A stretch of DNA of 64,000 nt from Clostridia bacterium (GTDB lineage: Bacteria > Bacillota > Clostridia > JAAYHZ01). Every line of letters begins with the position of its first letter. The first letter of the stretch is position 1. The notes under the pieces were generated by a model, which saw nothing but the letters and a program-made list of their open reading frames with translations, was not told the origin of the DNA and searched no databases. Positions 52,024 to 61,192 of the stretch are shown piece by piece. The position numbers were made by a program, and so were the translations under genes. The DNA is taken from contig JBMNIH010000008.1 in NCBI GenBank assembly GCA_050950825.1, forward strand, positions 96,001 through 160,000, in the 5' to 3' direction.

Positions 52024-52346
52024 TTCAACCACCTCCGTTTGTTTCTAACCGCTAAAAGCTTTTAGCGGAAGGATCGGTATTTTTATTACCGATTTTCAAA
52101 TGAGGTTATTGCGCTTTCTCTCTCTTTGGCAAGAACCGACAGCTTAACTGTCTTCCTTTTCAATCGCAAATCAGGTTTTTGAAAAGGCGTTTTTAATTTT
52201 AAAGGATAAAACCCGAAAAGTATACAGGTAATTTATAACAAGCAGGGTCTCGTTTGTCTTGCATACGTTTTTTTATTATGCTACATTGGTATTGGGCTAA
52301 TGATATTTGCTTGTTCTTCCACTTTTTCAAAAGGAGATAGGGTGTC

Positions 52347-54077
52347 ATGAAAAAGTTCGCTTTCTATATATTGCTGATCGCTATTCTGCTTACCGGCTGC
52401 ACCGACGGAGGAAAAGAGCTTTCTTACGAGGAACGATTTCTGTCGAACCAAGGTATCATCCATGTGAATGAAGAAAGAGCACCGGTTTTCGATACGGATT
52501 TCGAAACCTCGGACAAAGATGTCGCTGCATTTTCATTGGAGCTCAAGGATTATTCTTCGGAATTAGCAAATCAAGAACAAACCGTCTCCGTGTTTTTAGA
52601 CGGCGGTAAAAACAATTACAAGCTTATCCTACAATTTCCGGACGACCGAAAAGAAATTCATTATTCCTTGCCTCAGGATATCTTAAAGCCCTTGTCTTTC
52701 AATTACATGTACGATGACATGGACTTTCCCTTGTATTTAAAAACCTTAAACAAGGGTAACATCGTAAAATACTACAAAGTCGATTTGAAGAAAGAAACCA
52801 TCGGGGAATACAAACCGATCGGTTTATGGAGCCGTATCTTAAAAACAAAATGGACCTATACGGGAGAAGAAATCCAAAACTATATCACAGACGAAGCGAA
52901 GAATTCCCTTTTGGTTATCAACCACGACGGAGGTATCAGCGGACATCATTCCCGTTCCTATTTAACCGCCGTAGACAAAAAATCGGGAGAAGAAATTTGG
53001 TCGGTATACGCCGGATACATGGGAAGTACGTATGCTTTTAATAAAAATGAAAGTAAAGTATTTGTGGGAGTCAATCTCGCTTTTCAGGCTCCCGGCTACC
53101 TTTACTGCATCGAGCACAAAACGGGAACCGAGTTATGGAAAATTGAAATTGATCCGGACGATTCTTTGTATTCTTTGGTTTCGGTAAAAGACGTTTTAGT
53201 GGCATGTGTTCAATCGAAGGATGAGGAATTAAAGCTTTTTGCCTACAGCGAAGAATCCGGGAAAAAGCTTTGGCAAAGGGACTTAGGTCAAGACAAGCTG
53301 TATACGGACACCCGCAGCATGGACTTTCTTGTCCTGTATAACGAAAGGGGAATCACCGCGTACGACGTACGTACTTTAAAGCAAAAATGGCATTTGGACG
53401 TTAAGCTTGCCGTAAACGATAGCGAATACACCGACCACACGCAAACCGTTGCGATACTCGATCCGATTGCCTATGGAAAGCAAAAGGATTCGAAGCAGGT
53501 ATGGTTTGCTTTAAGCAACGGATTTATAAACGTCAATATCAAGAACGGAAAAATTCGCCAAACCGTAACCTCTTCCAACAGCCGACTGCTGCTTTTAGAT
53601 AAAAAGCATGCCGTCATCATGAAGTATAAAACGGATAATGCTGCAGCCTCGAAATTGTATACCTATGCTTACGAATTAATGGATACGGAACAAAACAAAG
53701 TATTGTTTAGCGGAGTAGGTCGGCTTCAAGGCGGCATTGTACGGAATAACCGATGGATTGCCGTTATAGGAAATTCCGTAAAGTGCTACGATCTTAAAAC
53801 GAGAAAAGAAATATGGAATACGCCTCTTGAAATCCATTTCGACTCTTTCGACAACTCCGGTCTCATAAAGCCGGTCGTGTATAAAAATCGAGTGATAATC
53901 CCTCAAGAGGATCATTTGATGGTATTGAGCATATCTACGGGAGAGCTTCTTTATCAAGTGGCGGATTACCTTTTGCCGGCAAGTCCTTTCCCGAATCATA
54001 AGCCCTATAAAGCGTACTCCGACGGAAAAACCCTTTATGTATCAAGACTCAATCGCAAATTGGAAGCCCTTCGTTAA
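52347..54077 (+). CDS. Lipoprotein with PQQ-like beta-propeller repeats
   Basis: Lipobox LLTGC; repeats AVDKKSGEEIW, EHKTGTELW, EESGKKLW, YDLKTRKEIW. Confidence 0.8.
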   Translation: MKKFAFYILLIAILLTGCTDGGKELSYEERFLSNQGIIHVNEERAPVFDTDFETSDKDVAAFSLELKDYSSELANQEQTVSVFLDGGKNNYKLILQFPDDRKEIHYSLPQDILKPLSFNYMYDDMDFPLYLKTLNKGNIVKYYKVDLKKETIGEYKPIGLWSRILKTKWTYTGEEIQNYITDEAKNSLLVINHDGGISGHHSRSYLTAVDKKSGEEIWSVYAGYMGSTYAFNKNESKVFVGVNLAFQAPGYLYCIEHKTGTELWKIEIDPDDSLYSLVSVKDVLVACVQSKDEELKLFAYSEESGKKLWQRDLGQDKLYTDTRSMDFLVLYNERGITAYDVRTLKQKWHLDVKLAVNDSEYTDHTQTVAILDPIAYGKQKDSKQVWFALSNGFINVNIKNGKIRQTVTSSNSRLLLLDKKHAVIMKYKTDNAAASKLYTYAYELMDTEQNKVLFSGVGRLQGGIVRNNRWIAVIGNSVKCYDLKTRKEIWNTPLEIHFDSFDNSGLIKPVVYKNRVIIPQEDHLMVLSISTGELLYQVADYLLPASPFPNHKPYKAYSDGKTLYVSRLNRKLEALR

Positions 54078-54093
54078 AAGGGCTTCTTTTTTT
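54063..54093 (+). terminator. Terminator overlapping the lipoprotein stop codon
   Basis: GAAGCCCTT..AAGGGCTTC followed by T7. Confidence 0.8.
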
Positions 54094-54104
54094 ACGTATT
54101 CATT

Positions 54105-54342
54105 TTAACTTCGATAATGCTTGGCTTGGGCGTCGTAGAACTCTTAGTAGGATGCGTTTCGAGCGTACAGGTCCTTGTGCTTTCCCGAATCCGCGATGGT
54201 GTTGTCATGAATGTATAAAACACTGTCCGCCGGACAAAAGGATGCCGTCCTTGTTGAGCTGCCTTTGCAGGTAGGTATCAAAGCCGTGGCTTGTCTTTTC
54301 AATATCTTTCGTAATATCCGGCCTGTCGCATATATCCTTCAT
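54105..54342 (-). pseudogene. ABC transporter ATPase relic
   Basis: GFDTYLQRQLNKDGILLSGGQ joined out of frame to ADSVLYIHDNTIADSGKHKDLYARNASY*EFYDAQAKHY. Confidence 0.65.
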
Positions 54343-54586
54343 AAAGTATATTATATATATTTTACCTTACCTCGGACCGTAAACGATTTCACCCGCCTCT
54401 TTCCGGGATTTTACCGATTTTTCCGTTATCCGATTAAAATACCTCCCGGTTTCTTTCGTTTTTTTCTTCTTGCCCAATGTTTTGAAATTTGTTGCCGAAA
54501 CTTTCCTATTACCCAAAAAATCAAATTCGATTCTCCGCATAGTATAATAACCATGAATAACAATGAAACGGGAGGAAATTAAGGTC

Positions 54587-55630
54587 ATGAAAAAATGGAT
54601 AGCGTTCTTCTTGACAATCTGCATGGTATTCTCTACGGCAGTTGTCGCTTTCGCACAAACGCAAACGGAAATCAATGCAATCACCGTCGTACTTAACGAT
54701 GCCAAAGTATTCGTAAGCACAGATGTGAACAATGTTGCCGCCGTTAACGTTCAGCTTCCCTTGCATCGAATGATCGAAGCCGGCATCTTTCAAAGCGATA
54801 CGACGGACAAATTCGTTGAAATCGTGAAAAAGGTATGGGATGAAATTACGAAAATTCCCGCCGTCAACCAAACGCAAAAAACCCAACCGACGGCCATCAA
54901 TATAACATACCAAGTGAACCAAGCCGGAGATTTACTCATTCTCAGCGGCGTCGGTGTTCTCCCCGCCGGAAAACCGGCCATTAAAGAGGACTATACTTAC
55001 GCTACCCTGCTCCAGAAAAAGCTGGAAGATCAGGTGATGAAAAAGCTTGCGAAAATGGTGCTGGATATAAAAGGCGAAAACCTTAAAAAGCTAAAGGAGC
55101 AAACCGACACGGCATTGCAAACCATGCTTACCGGTTTCGAAACCGCCGATCTGGCTACGTTAAGAGCAAGAATCCAAGCGTATATCAACGTTTCCAATCT
55201 GTACAAAACGGCGCAGGTCGAATATGAGAATTTGAAAAAATACAACAAAGAAGTCGTAGAGAAAAACTGCAATACGAAATACACACTGAACAAAAAAACG
55301 ACGGATCCCAAAAAAGATGACGATTTTTATTTCGGCGATTGGGATAAATACTTCCAAAACAAATTATCCGTTATCTTTAAACTGTTAGAAAAACAAGGTA
55401 ACAAGGGTACAAAAAATGCCGCTTCGCAACAGCTCCGGAATTTGCAGAAGAAATTCGGCGATTCTTTTAAAGTCTACATGGAAAAATATTTAGGAAAAGA
55501 TTACGAAGAATATTTGGAAGATCTCTTTGACTACAAGATTGACGATGACAATGATGACAAAGATTATCAAAAGAGCAATAAGAAGAATAACAACAACAAC
55601 GGAAAAAACGGCAAGGGTAAAAATGATTAA
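54587..55630 (+). CDS. Secreted hypothetical protein with D/K/N-rich tail
   Basis: Signal peptide MKKWIAFFLTICMVFSTAVVAFA; SD GGAGG; no recognised domain. Confidence 0.75.
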   Translation: MKKWIAFFLTICMVFSTAVVAFAQTQTEINAITVVLNDAKVFVSTDVNNVAAVNVQLPLHRMIEAGIFQSDTTDKFVEIVKKVWDEITKIPAVNQTQKTQPTAINITYQVNQAGDLLILSGVGVLPAGKPAIKEDYTYATLLQKKLEDQVMKKLAKMVLDIKGENLKKLKEQTDTALQTMLTGFETADLATLRARIQAYINVSNLYKTAQVEYENLKKYNKEVVEKNCNTKYTLNKKTTDPKKDDDFYFGDWDKYFQNKLSVIFKLLEKQGNKGTKNAASQQLRNLQKKFGDSFKVYMEKYLGKDYEEYLEDLFDYKIDDDNDDKDYQKSNKKNNNNNGKNGKGKND

Positions 55631-55771
55631 AGGGGGGTTACCCGGGTCGTTGAATAGGGGAAATTGAATGAAAAAAGCAAAGCAGTCCAAAAAAGAGTAG
55701 GTCTGCTTTGCTTTTTGTCCTTTAAACGTGATATTCTAATGACAAGCGCAGACTTTTGGTGAGGATTAAGA

Positions 55772-56467
55772 ATGAATAATGTCGACCAAAGGGCGGTCGA
55801 GTCTAAGACCGATCCTGTAAAAAAGGAAAAACTGATCGAAGACTATATTCCGTTTATACTCTCTTGCGCTCAGAAAGCAACGGGACGATATATCGACACG
55901 GCAAACGACGAAGAATTTTCGGTAGCTTTAGAAGCTTTTTCCGAAGCCATTGAAAGTTTTAATATTGAAAAAGGTACCTTTCTTTCCTTTTCCAATCAGG
56001 TAATCAAAAACAGGCTGTACGACTATATGCGTAAGACGGAAAAATATAACGAAACGGTCGTATTCGACGATATATATAATGATGACAGCAAGATTCTATC
56101 CTTTGATATCGTTGCGGCTGCAGAAAATTACCAACAAGAAATGCAAAGAAGCGATTTGGTCGTAGAAATCGACCTGCTTTCTCGAAGGTTGGCAAAATGG
56201 GATATTTCTTTTAACGACTTGTCTAAGATATCGCCGAAGCACAAAAAAACGCGGCAAATGTGTATAAAGATAAGCGAATATATACTAAAGAACGATGAAT
56301 TGTACCGACAGATGATGTCAAGCAAACAATTGCCCTCCAAACAAATTGAAAACACTTTCAAATTACCCAAAAAAAAATTCGAGAGATTTCGCAAATATAT
56401 AATAGCGGTAGTGATTATCAAAAGCGGGGACTTTGAGCAAATAGCCGAATATGTGAAGCTCAAATAA
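55772..56467 (+). CDS. sigI: RNA polymerase sigma-I factor
   Basis: YIPFI, DEEFSVALEAFSEAIESF, FLSF..VIKNRLYDYMRK, SPKH..R, LP.K.I, ERFRKYIIA. Confidence 0.9.
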   Translation: MNNVDQRAVESKTDPVKKEKLIEDYIPFILSCAQKATGRYIDTANDEEFSVALEAFSEAIESFNIEKGTFLSFSNQVIKNRLYDYMRKTEKYNETVVFDDIYNDDSKILSFDIVAAAENYQQEMQRSDLVVEIDLLSRRLAKWDISFNDLSKISPKHKKTRQMCIKISEYILKNDELYRQMMSSKQLPSKQIENTFKLPKKKFERFRKYIIAVVIIKSGDFEQIAEYVKLK

Positions 56468-56479
56468 AGGTGATAAAAA

Positions 56480-57946
56480 ATGAAGGCAGTAATACTAAAT
56501 ACGGAAAAAAAGCATACGAATATTTTATGTAACGACGGAAGCTTTAGGAAAATCAAAAGGCAGTCCTGGCATACCGCCGGTAAGGAATTTGATTATGTTC
56601 CTTCTTCGACAAGCGTCGTTTCCAAAGCTGCCGTTATTTTGATCGCCGTTCTATTAACCTCTCTCATTTCCGCTTACGCCTTGCCTTACCGTACTTTGGC
56701 TTTGGATATTAATCCTTCCGTCACCATGAGCATTAATCGTTTCGGATACGTAATAAACGCTTACGGAACGGATGAAAGCGGAATCAAGCTTGTTCATAAC
56801 CGAAAATTGATTCATAAAAAAGTGGAAAACGCGCTGGGGCTGTTGGTAACGGAAGCTACCGCCGAAGGCTACCTCAAGCCGGAAACCGATAACGTAGTGC
56901 TGCTGTCGTATAACGTCCCTTCCGAAATAAAGTACAATCGCGAGACCGACTATATCGATAAGCTGGTTCGCACCTTTGAAGAAACAACAACTCGCTTAAA
57001 CATACCCGCCCAAATTGTAACCCAACCGATTGATACGGAAATTATGGAGCAGGCTAAAGCCAACGATGTCAGTCCGGGGCGTATGGCATTGTTAAACAAG
57101 CTCAAAGAAGTCGACCAAGACGTTACCTTAGAAGATATCAAGGACGGTCCGGTAAAAGATATCATATCCGCCATTCAAAGCAACGACAAGGACTATTTCA
57201 TGGCAAAAGAAGCCTTTGCCGACTCGGAAACGGAAAAAACACCAAAGGGTAAGAATGATGAAAATGAAAATAATAAAGACAATAAAAATAACAATAAAGA
57301 TAATAAAAGCAATGTAGAAAATAACTCAAAAAATAACAAGAAGGAGGACAAAGAAAAGAACGACAAAGAAAAAGAAGATAAAAAGAACAATAACGAGGAC
57401 AAAAAGGATAATAAAAACATAGAGAATAAAGAAAACAAAGAAAACAAGGATAACAAAAATAATAAGGAGAACAAAGATAACAATAATAATAAGGAGAACA
57501 AAGAAGACAAGGAGAATAAAAAAAATAATAAAAAAGATAACGAGAATAAAAAGAACGATAATAACGGGAACAAGAACAACAAAGATAACAACAAAGTACG
57601 GAATCCGTTCTTGAACAATAAAGGCAACGGAATCATAAATGAAGCAAAGGATAAAAACAACTCCTCTGAAAAGCAGAATAAAGAGATGAATAACGGCAAA
57701 GATAACAAAAACAACGACAATAGTATGAAAAAAGATAATAAAAAAGAGGAAGAAAAGGAAAATAACAAGCATAAAGAAAAAGAGAAGGAAGATAATAAAA
57801 ACAAGCAAGACAAAGAAAACGATAACAACAGCTCCAAGAACGAAAAAAACGACAGTAAGAATAACAATAACAAAAATAATAACGGTAACAATAAAAGCAA
57901 TAATAAGAAAAAAGAATCGAACAAACGTCAAAATAAAAACGGCTAA
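56480..57946 (+). CDS. rsgI: Anti-sigma-I factor RsgI with N/K/D/E low-complexity tail
   Basis: N-terminal ILCNDGSFRKI, TM helix, LDINPS, VSPGR; directly after sigI. Confidence 0.85.
   Translation: MKAVILNTEKKHTNILCNDGSFRKIKRQSWHTAGKEFDYVPSSTSVVSKAAVILIAVLLTSLISAYALPYRTLALDINPSVTMSINRFGYVINAYGTDESGIKLVHNRKLIHKKVENALGLLVTEATAEGYLKPETDNVVLLSYNVPSEIKYNRETDYIDKLVRTFEETTTRLNIPAQIVTQPIDTEIMEQAKANDVSPGRMALLNKLKEVDQDVTLEDIKDGPVKDIISAIQSNDKDYFMAKEAFADSETEKTPKGKNDENENNKDNKNNNKDNKSNVENNSKNNKKEDKEKNDKEKEDKKNNNEDKKDNKNIENKENKENKDNKNNKENKDNNNNKENKEDKENKKNNKKDNENKKNDNNGNKNNKDNNKVRNPFLNNKGNGIINEAKDKNNSSEKQNKEMNNGKDNKNNDNSMKKDNKKEEEKENNKHKEKEKEDNKNKQDKENDNNSSKNEKNDSKNNNNKNNNGNNKSNNKKKESNKRQNKNG
57240..57943 (+). 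repeat. Low-complexity A-rich coding repeat (NKE/NKD units)
   Basis: Runs such as NKENKENKDNKNNKENKDNNNNKENKEDKEN. Confidence 0.9.
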
Positions 57947-58038
57947 ACGAACAATTATTGAACGAAAAATGATGAAACCGGAAAACACCGTTCTAAAACG
58001 TCTCTATTGTGTTATATACTCTCTAGCCCTACTTTCCG

Positions 58039-58064
58039 AAAAAGGTGCTTCTTGGCACCTTTTT
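58039..58064 (+). terminator. Terminator after rsgI
   Basis: AAAAAGGTGC-TTCTTG-GCACCTTTTT. Confidence 0.7.
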
Positions 58065-58203
58065 CCTTTGTGAAGCCAAGTTTTCTCATGGGTAAAGTCT
58101 TCTCTTTATGTACATTCTATCAATGAGGTTCGATCAAAGTATCGAACCGAATTCCGATCCTTGCATATTATATATAGACCGAAACCAAAAAAAGGAGACC
58201 GTT

Positions 58204-59280
58204 ATGCATACCGAGAGACACATGTTTCCGGGAAACAATACGTCCCGGGGCTTTTACAGCTATTATCCGTACATTGTTCCGTATTCGGCGGCCGAACATA
58301 TTTATATCCTCAAAGGCGGACCGGGGGTAGGAAAATCTACGTTTATGAGAAGAATTGCGGAAAAAGCCGCTTTGCTAGATTTTGATATTGAATTTATGCA
58401 TTGTTCGAGTGACCCGGACTCTCTTGATGCGGTGTTCATCCCCCAAAAGAAAGTCTTGGTTGTGGACGGCACGGCTCCGCATGTCATCGACCCGAAGTTC
58501 CCCGGTGCCATCGATGAAATCATCAATTTAGGTGACTGCTGGAATCAAGAAGGATTAAAGGAAAAAAGGGCGGAAATCGTTTCTCTAAGCGTCGAAGTCA
58601 GCCGAATCTTTGCACGAGCATACCGCTATTTGAATGCCGCCGCCCGCATTTATGAAAACTTAGAAGAAATATATAGCTTGGCCTCCGATAAGAACCGAAT
58701 CAACCTCATAGGGGCGGAAATCATCGACACATACTTTAAAGACGATCCTATAACCGGAAAAGAAGGCTCCCTCAGGCGCTTATTTGCCACGGCCATTACA
58801 CCGGACGGCTTAAGGGATTACTTGCCTTCTGCACTTAATACAAGCCGTAAAATTATCCTCAAAGGAAGCCCGGGAACCGGTACGGAGAAAATACTGGCAA
58901 AGGTATTGGAAGCTGCCGTATCGAGAGGGTACGATACGGAAGCCTTCTATTGTGCCCTATTCCCCGAAAAACTTGAGCATATCGTCATTCGCGACAAGGA
59001 TTTGTCCATTGCCACTTCTAACAAGTATCATACCGTACCTACCGAGGGCTTCGGCAGCTACGACTTGGACCCGTATCTGAACAAAGATATCATAAAAGCA
59101 TACGACGATTATCTGCAGTACAACCGCTTGGAATTCGAGGGCTTACTCCATCGCGCCATCTATACATTAAGTACGGAAAAAATCTACCACGATCGATTGG
59201 AAAGGATCTACGTCGATAATATGGACTTCGAAAAAAGAAACGCGTATGCCGATAGGGTCATCGAAAAAGTATTCGGATAA
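58204..59280 (+). CDS. PRK06851-family P-loop protein with duplicated ATPase-like domains
   Basis: FPGNNTSRGFYS, LKGGPGVGKST, HCSSDPDSLD, DGTAPH; second degenerate KGSPGTGTEK; SD AAGGAG. Confidence 0.82.
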   Translation: MHTERHMFPGNNTSRGFYSYYPYIVPYSAAEHIYILKGGPGVGKSTFMRRIAEKAALLDFDIEFMHCSSDPDSLDAVFIPQKKVLVVDGTAPHVIDPKFPGAIDEIINLGDCWNQEGLKEKRAEIVSLSVEVSRIFARAYRYLNAAARIYENLEEIYSLASDKNRINLIGAEIIDTYFKDDPITGKEGSLRRLFATAITPDGLRDYLPSALNTSRKIILKGSPGTGTEKILAKVLEAAVSRGYDTEAFYCALFPEKLEHIVIRDKDLSIATSNKYHTVPTEGFGSYDLDPYLNKDIIKAYDDYLQYNRLEFEGLLHRAIYTLSTEKIYHDRLERIYVDNMDFEKRNAYADRVIEKVFG

Positions 59281-59307
59281 AATTACCGGTTCCGTTTTTC
59301 GAGACAA

Positions 59308-59343
59308 AAAAAGCAAGCCGCTCGAGCTTGCTTTCTTGTTTTT
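59308..59343. terminator. Bidirectional terminator between convergent genes
   Basis: AAAGCAAGC-CGCTCGA-GCTTGCTTT flanked by A and T runs. Confidence 0.7.
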
Positions 59344-59348
59344 TATCG

Positions 59349-60365
59349 TTATCGATGTTTGGCGGAAAACTCTTTGTAATCCTCCAACATGTCCTTCAAC
59401 AATCGGGGCGTATCCAAATGATAAGGGCATCTTTCGCTGCACTCATAGCATTCGATACACTCTTCGATTTTATGCATCTTTTCATTCCATTCGTCGGTTA
59501 AGAATTGCCGGTAAGGTGCTCTTCGGAGCAAGAATTTCATTCTTGCCGCTTGCGGGATATCGATTCCTACGGCACAAGGCAAGCAATATCCGCAAGATCT
59601 GCAAAAGGAGCCGGCGAGCTCTTCCCGATCCTTTTCTACCCGTCTTTTCATTTCGTCGTCGTATGCGGGCGGATTTTTCGATAAGGATAAAAATTGGTCC
59701 AGCTCTTCTTCCTTTTGAATTCCCCAAATCGGCACCACATGATCGTATTGCCACAGGAAAGCAAAAGCCGCTTCCACGTCGGCGATCAATCCTCCGCAAA
59801 GAGCCTTCATGGCGATAAAGCCCATGTTTTGTTCTTTGCACATTAAGGTAATTTCATAATCCCCTTGCGACGAAATGGAGCTAAAAGGATACTGCAGCGT
59901 ATCGTAGTATCCTGTGGCGATGGCCTCTTTTGCAATATCCGCCGTGTGGTTGGTTATGGAAATAAAGCGGATCCGACCTTCTTTTTTCGCTTTTTTTGCT
60001 TCCTCCAGCATCTCCATGAATTTTTCGGAGCGTATATTTTTCGGGTTATGGAATTGGTATATATCGATATAGTCGGTTTTCAATTTTTCCAAGCTGGTTT
60101 CCAAATGCTCCCTCATGGTTTTGGCGTCGGCTGCATGGGTTTTTGTAGCGATGACAATATTTTTTCGTACGTCGGATAAAGCCTTTCCCACCTTTTCTTC
60201 GCTATCCGTATAGGCTCTTGCGGTATCAAAGAAGTTAATACCGTTTTCATAGGCTTTCCTTAATATTCTAACGGCTTCTTCTGTAGAAATTCGTTGTATC
60301 GGAAGAGCGCCGAAAGCAACTTTGGATACTCTTAATCCGGTTTTTCCCAAGACGGTATACTGCAC
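59349..60365 (-). CDS. Aldo/keto reductase with C-terminal 4Fe-4S dicluster domain
   Basis: LGKTGLRVS, FFDTARAY, IATK, YQFH; CRSCGYCLPC and CIECYECSERCP. Confidence 0.92.
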   Translation of the reverse strand: MQYTVLGKTGLRVSKVAFGALPIQRISTEEAVRILRKAYENGINFFDTARAYTDSEEKVGKALSDVRKNIVIATKTHAADAKTMREHLETSLEKLKTDYIDIYQFHNPKNIRSEKFMEMLEEAKKAKKEGRIRFISITNHTADIAKEAIATGYYDTLQYPFSSISSQGDYEITLMCKEQNMGFIAMKALCGGLIADVEAAFAFLWQYDHVVPIWGIQKEEELDQFLSLSKNPPAYDDEMKRRVEKDREELAGSFCRSCGYCLPCAVGIDIPQAARMKFLLRRAPYRQFLTDEWNEKMHKIEECIECYECSERCPYHLDTPRLLKDMLEDYKEFSAKHR

Positions 60366-60398
60366 GGACTTTCACCTTCCTTTTTGCCTTTCATTGTA

Positions 60399-61040
60399 CT
60401 ATTCACGAATCATGAAGTCAACGTGTTCTCCTTTACCGTATCTTGGTACTTTTTTATCGTCTTTAAAGACAAAATTCTCATTGCTAAAATCCTTTAAATT
60501 GCTGCAAGAGATTGCACGGTTAATCAAGTCTTCTACAAAGTAGGTATAAAATTTCCTCCAATAACGGAGGCTAACCAATAAAATCAAGCATATAAAGAGA
60601 AGGATTAAAAGCGCCGAGGACCAAAGCTTATTAAATTGAATCACCGATGCAATAAAGATGCCGAAATGAGCCGAAAAAACCAATCCCAATGCGATAATCA
60701 AGGCGGGGAACAAGGCGGATTTGAGAATGAAGGTCAAAACCGCACCGATCAAAAAGCTTTTCGATATCAGTTCCTGGTCCATGGCTTCTTTTATCAGTTT
60801 ATATGCTCCTTTTTTCTTCTTTTGGCCTTTGAGACCATCCAATTTTTCATACAGGATCCATCGTTTTGATACAAGCTTCGGATCGGCCATTTCCTCCGTA
60901 ACCGCTCTTCGACTCATCCCTTCATCCATTTTTTTATCTACATACAAAGTATAGTAATGGTTTAAGGTATTTTTCGTATCCGAGTGCAAATTCTGCGTCA
61001 ACTCCTGCAATTCTTCCAAGTAAAAGTCCCGTATTTTCAT
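60399..61040 (-). CDS. Membrane protein with DUF1700/HAAS-like N-terminus
   Basis: FYLEELQE.T..L..YY..Y..GMS..EMADPK pattern plus 2-3 TM segments. Confidence 0.5.
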   Translation of the reverse strand: MKIRDFYLEELQELTQNLHSDTKNTLNHYYTLYVDKKMDEGMSRRAVTEEMADPKLVSKRWILYEKLDGLKGQKKKKGAYKLIKEAMDQELISKSFLIGAVLTFILKSALFPALIIALGLVFSAHFGIFIASVIQFNKLWSSALLILLFICLILLVSLRYWRKFYTYFVEDLINRAISCSNLKDFSNENFVFKDDKKVPRYGKGEHVDFMIRE

Positions 61041-61192
61041 ATTTTCCTACCTCCATATTTGGGGATTAAGTATCCGTAGAAAAGCAATATAACAAAGAAA
61101 ATAAAAGCCAGCGGTTTAACAAACATCAAAAGGAAAGAGCCTACAAGTAATAAAATTTTTAAGATTCTCCAAATGATTCTTAACGCTTTCAT
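61037..61192 (-). CDS. Small 51-aa hydrophobic membrane protein (not in ORF track)
   Basis: MKALRIIWRILKILLLVGSFLLMFVKPLAFIFFVILLFYGYLIPKYGGRKI; SD AAGGAG; ATGA overlaps with both neighbours. Confidence 0.75.
   Translation of the reverse strand: MKALRIIWRILKILLLVGSFLLMFVKPLAFIFFVILLFYGYLIPKYGGRKI

Noticed and set aside
52030-52200. c-di-AMP (ydaO) or c-di-GMP riboswitch upstream of the LysM gene
   Set aside because: Several short hairpins are present, but I could not find the conserved cores on the coding strand; an Rfam scan is needed.
57240-57943. Possible CRISPR or regular tandem array
   Set aside because: No constant repeat-spacer period; it is in-frame coding low complexity. No CRISPR array or cas gene was seen in the window.
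57193-57988. Very hydrophobic L/F/S- and I/V/F-rich minus-strand ORFs
   Set aside because: Reverse complement of the A-rich RsgI low-complexity tail; not real membrane proteins.
58085-58178. Mother-cell sporulation (sigmaE/sigmaK) promoter before the PRK06851 gene
   Set aside because: A CATATTAT -10-like box is present, but no convincing -35 at the correct spacing.
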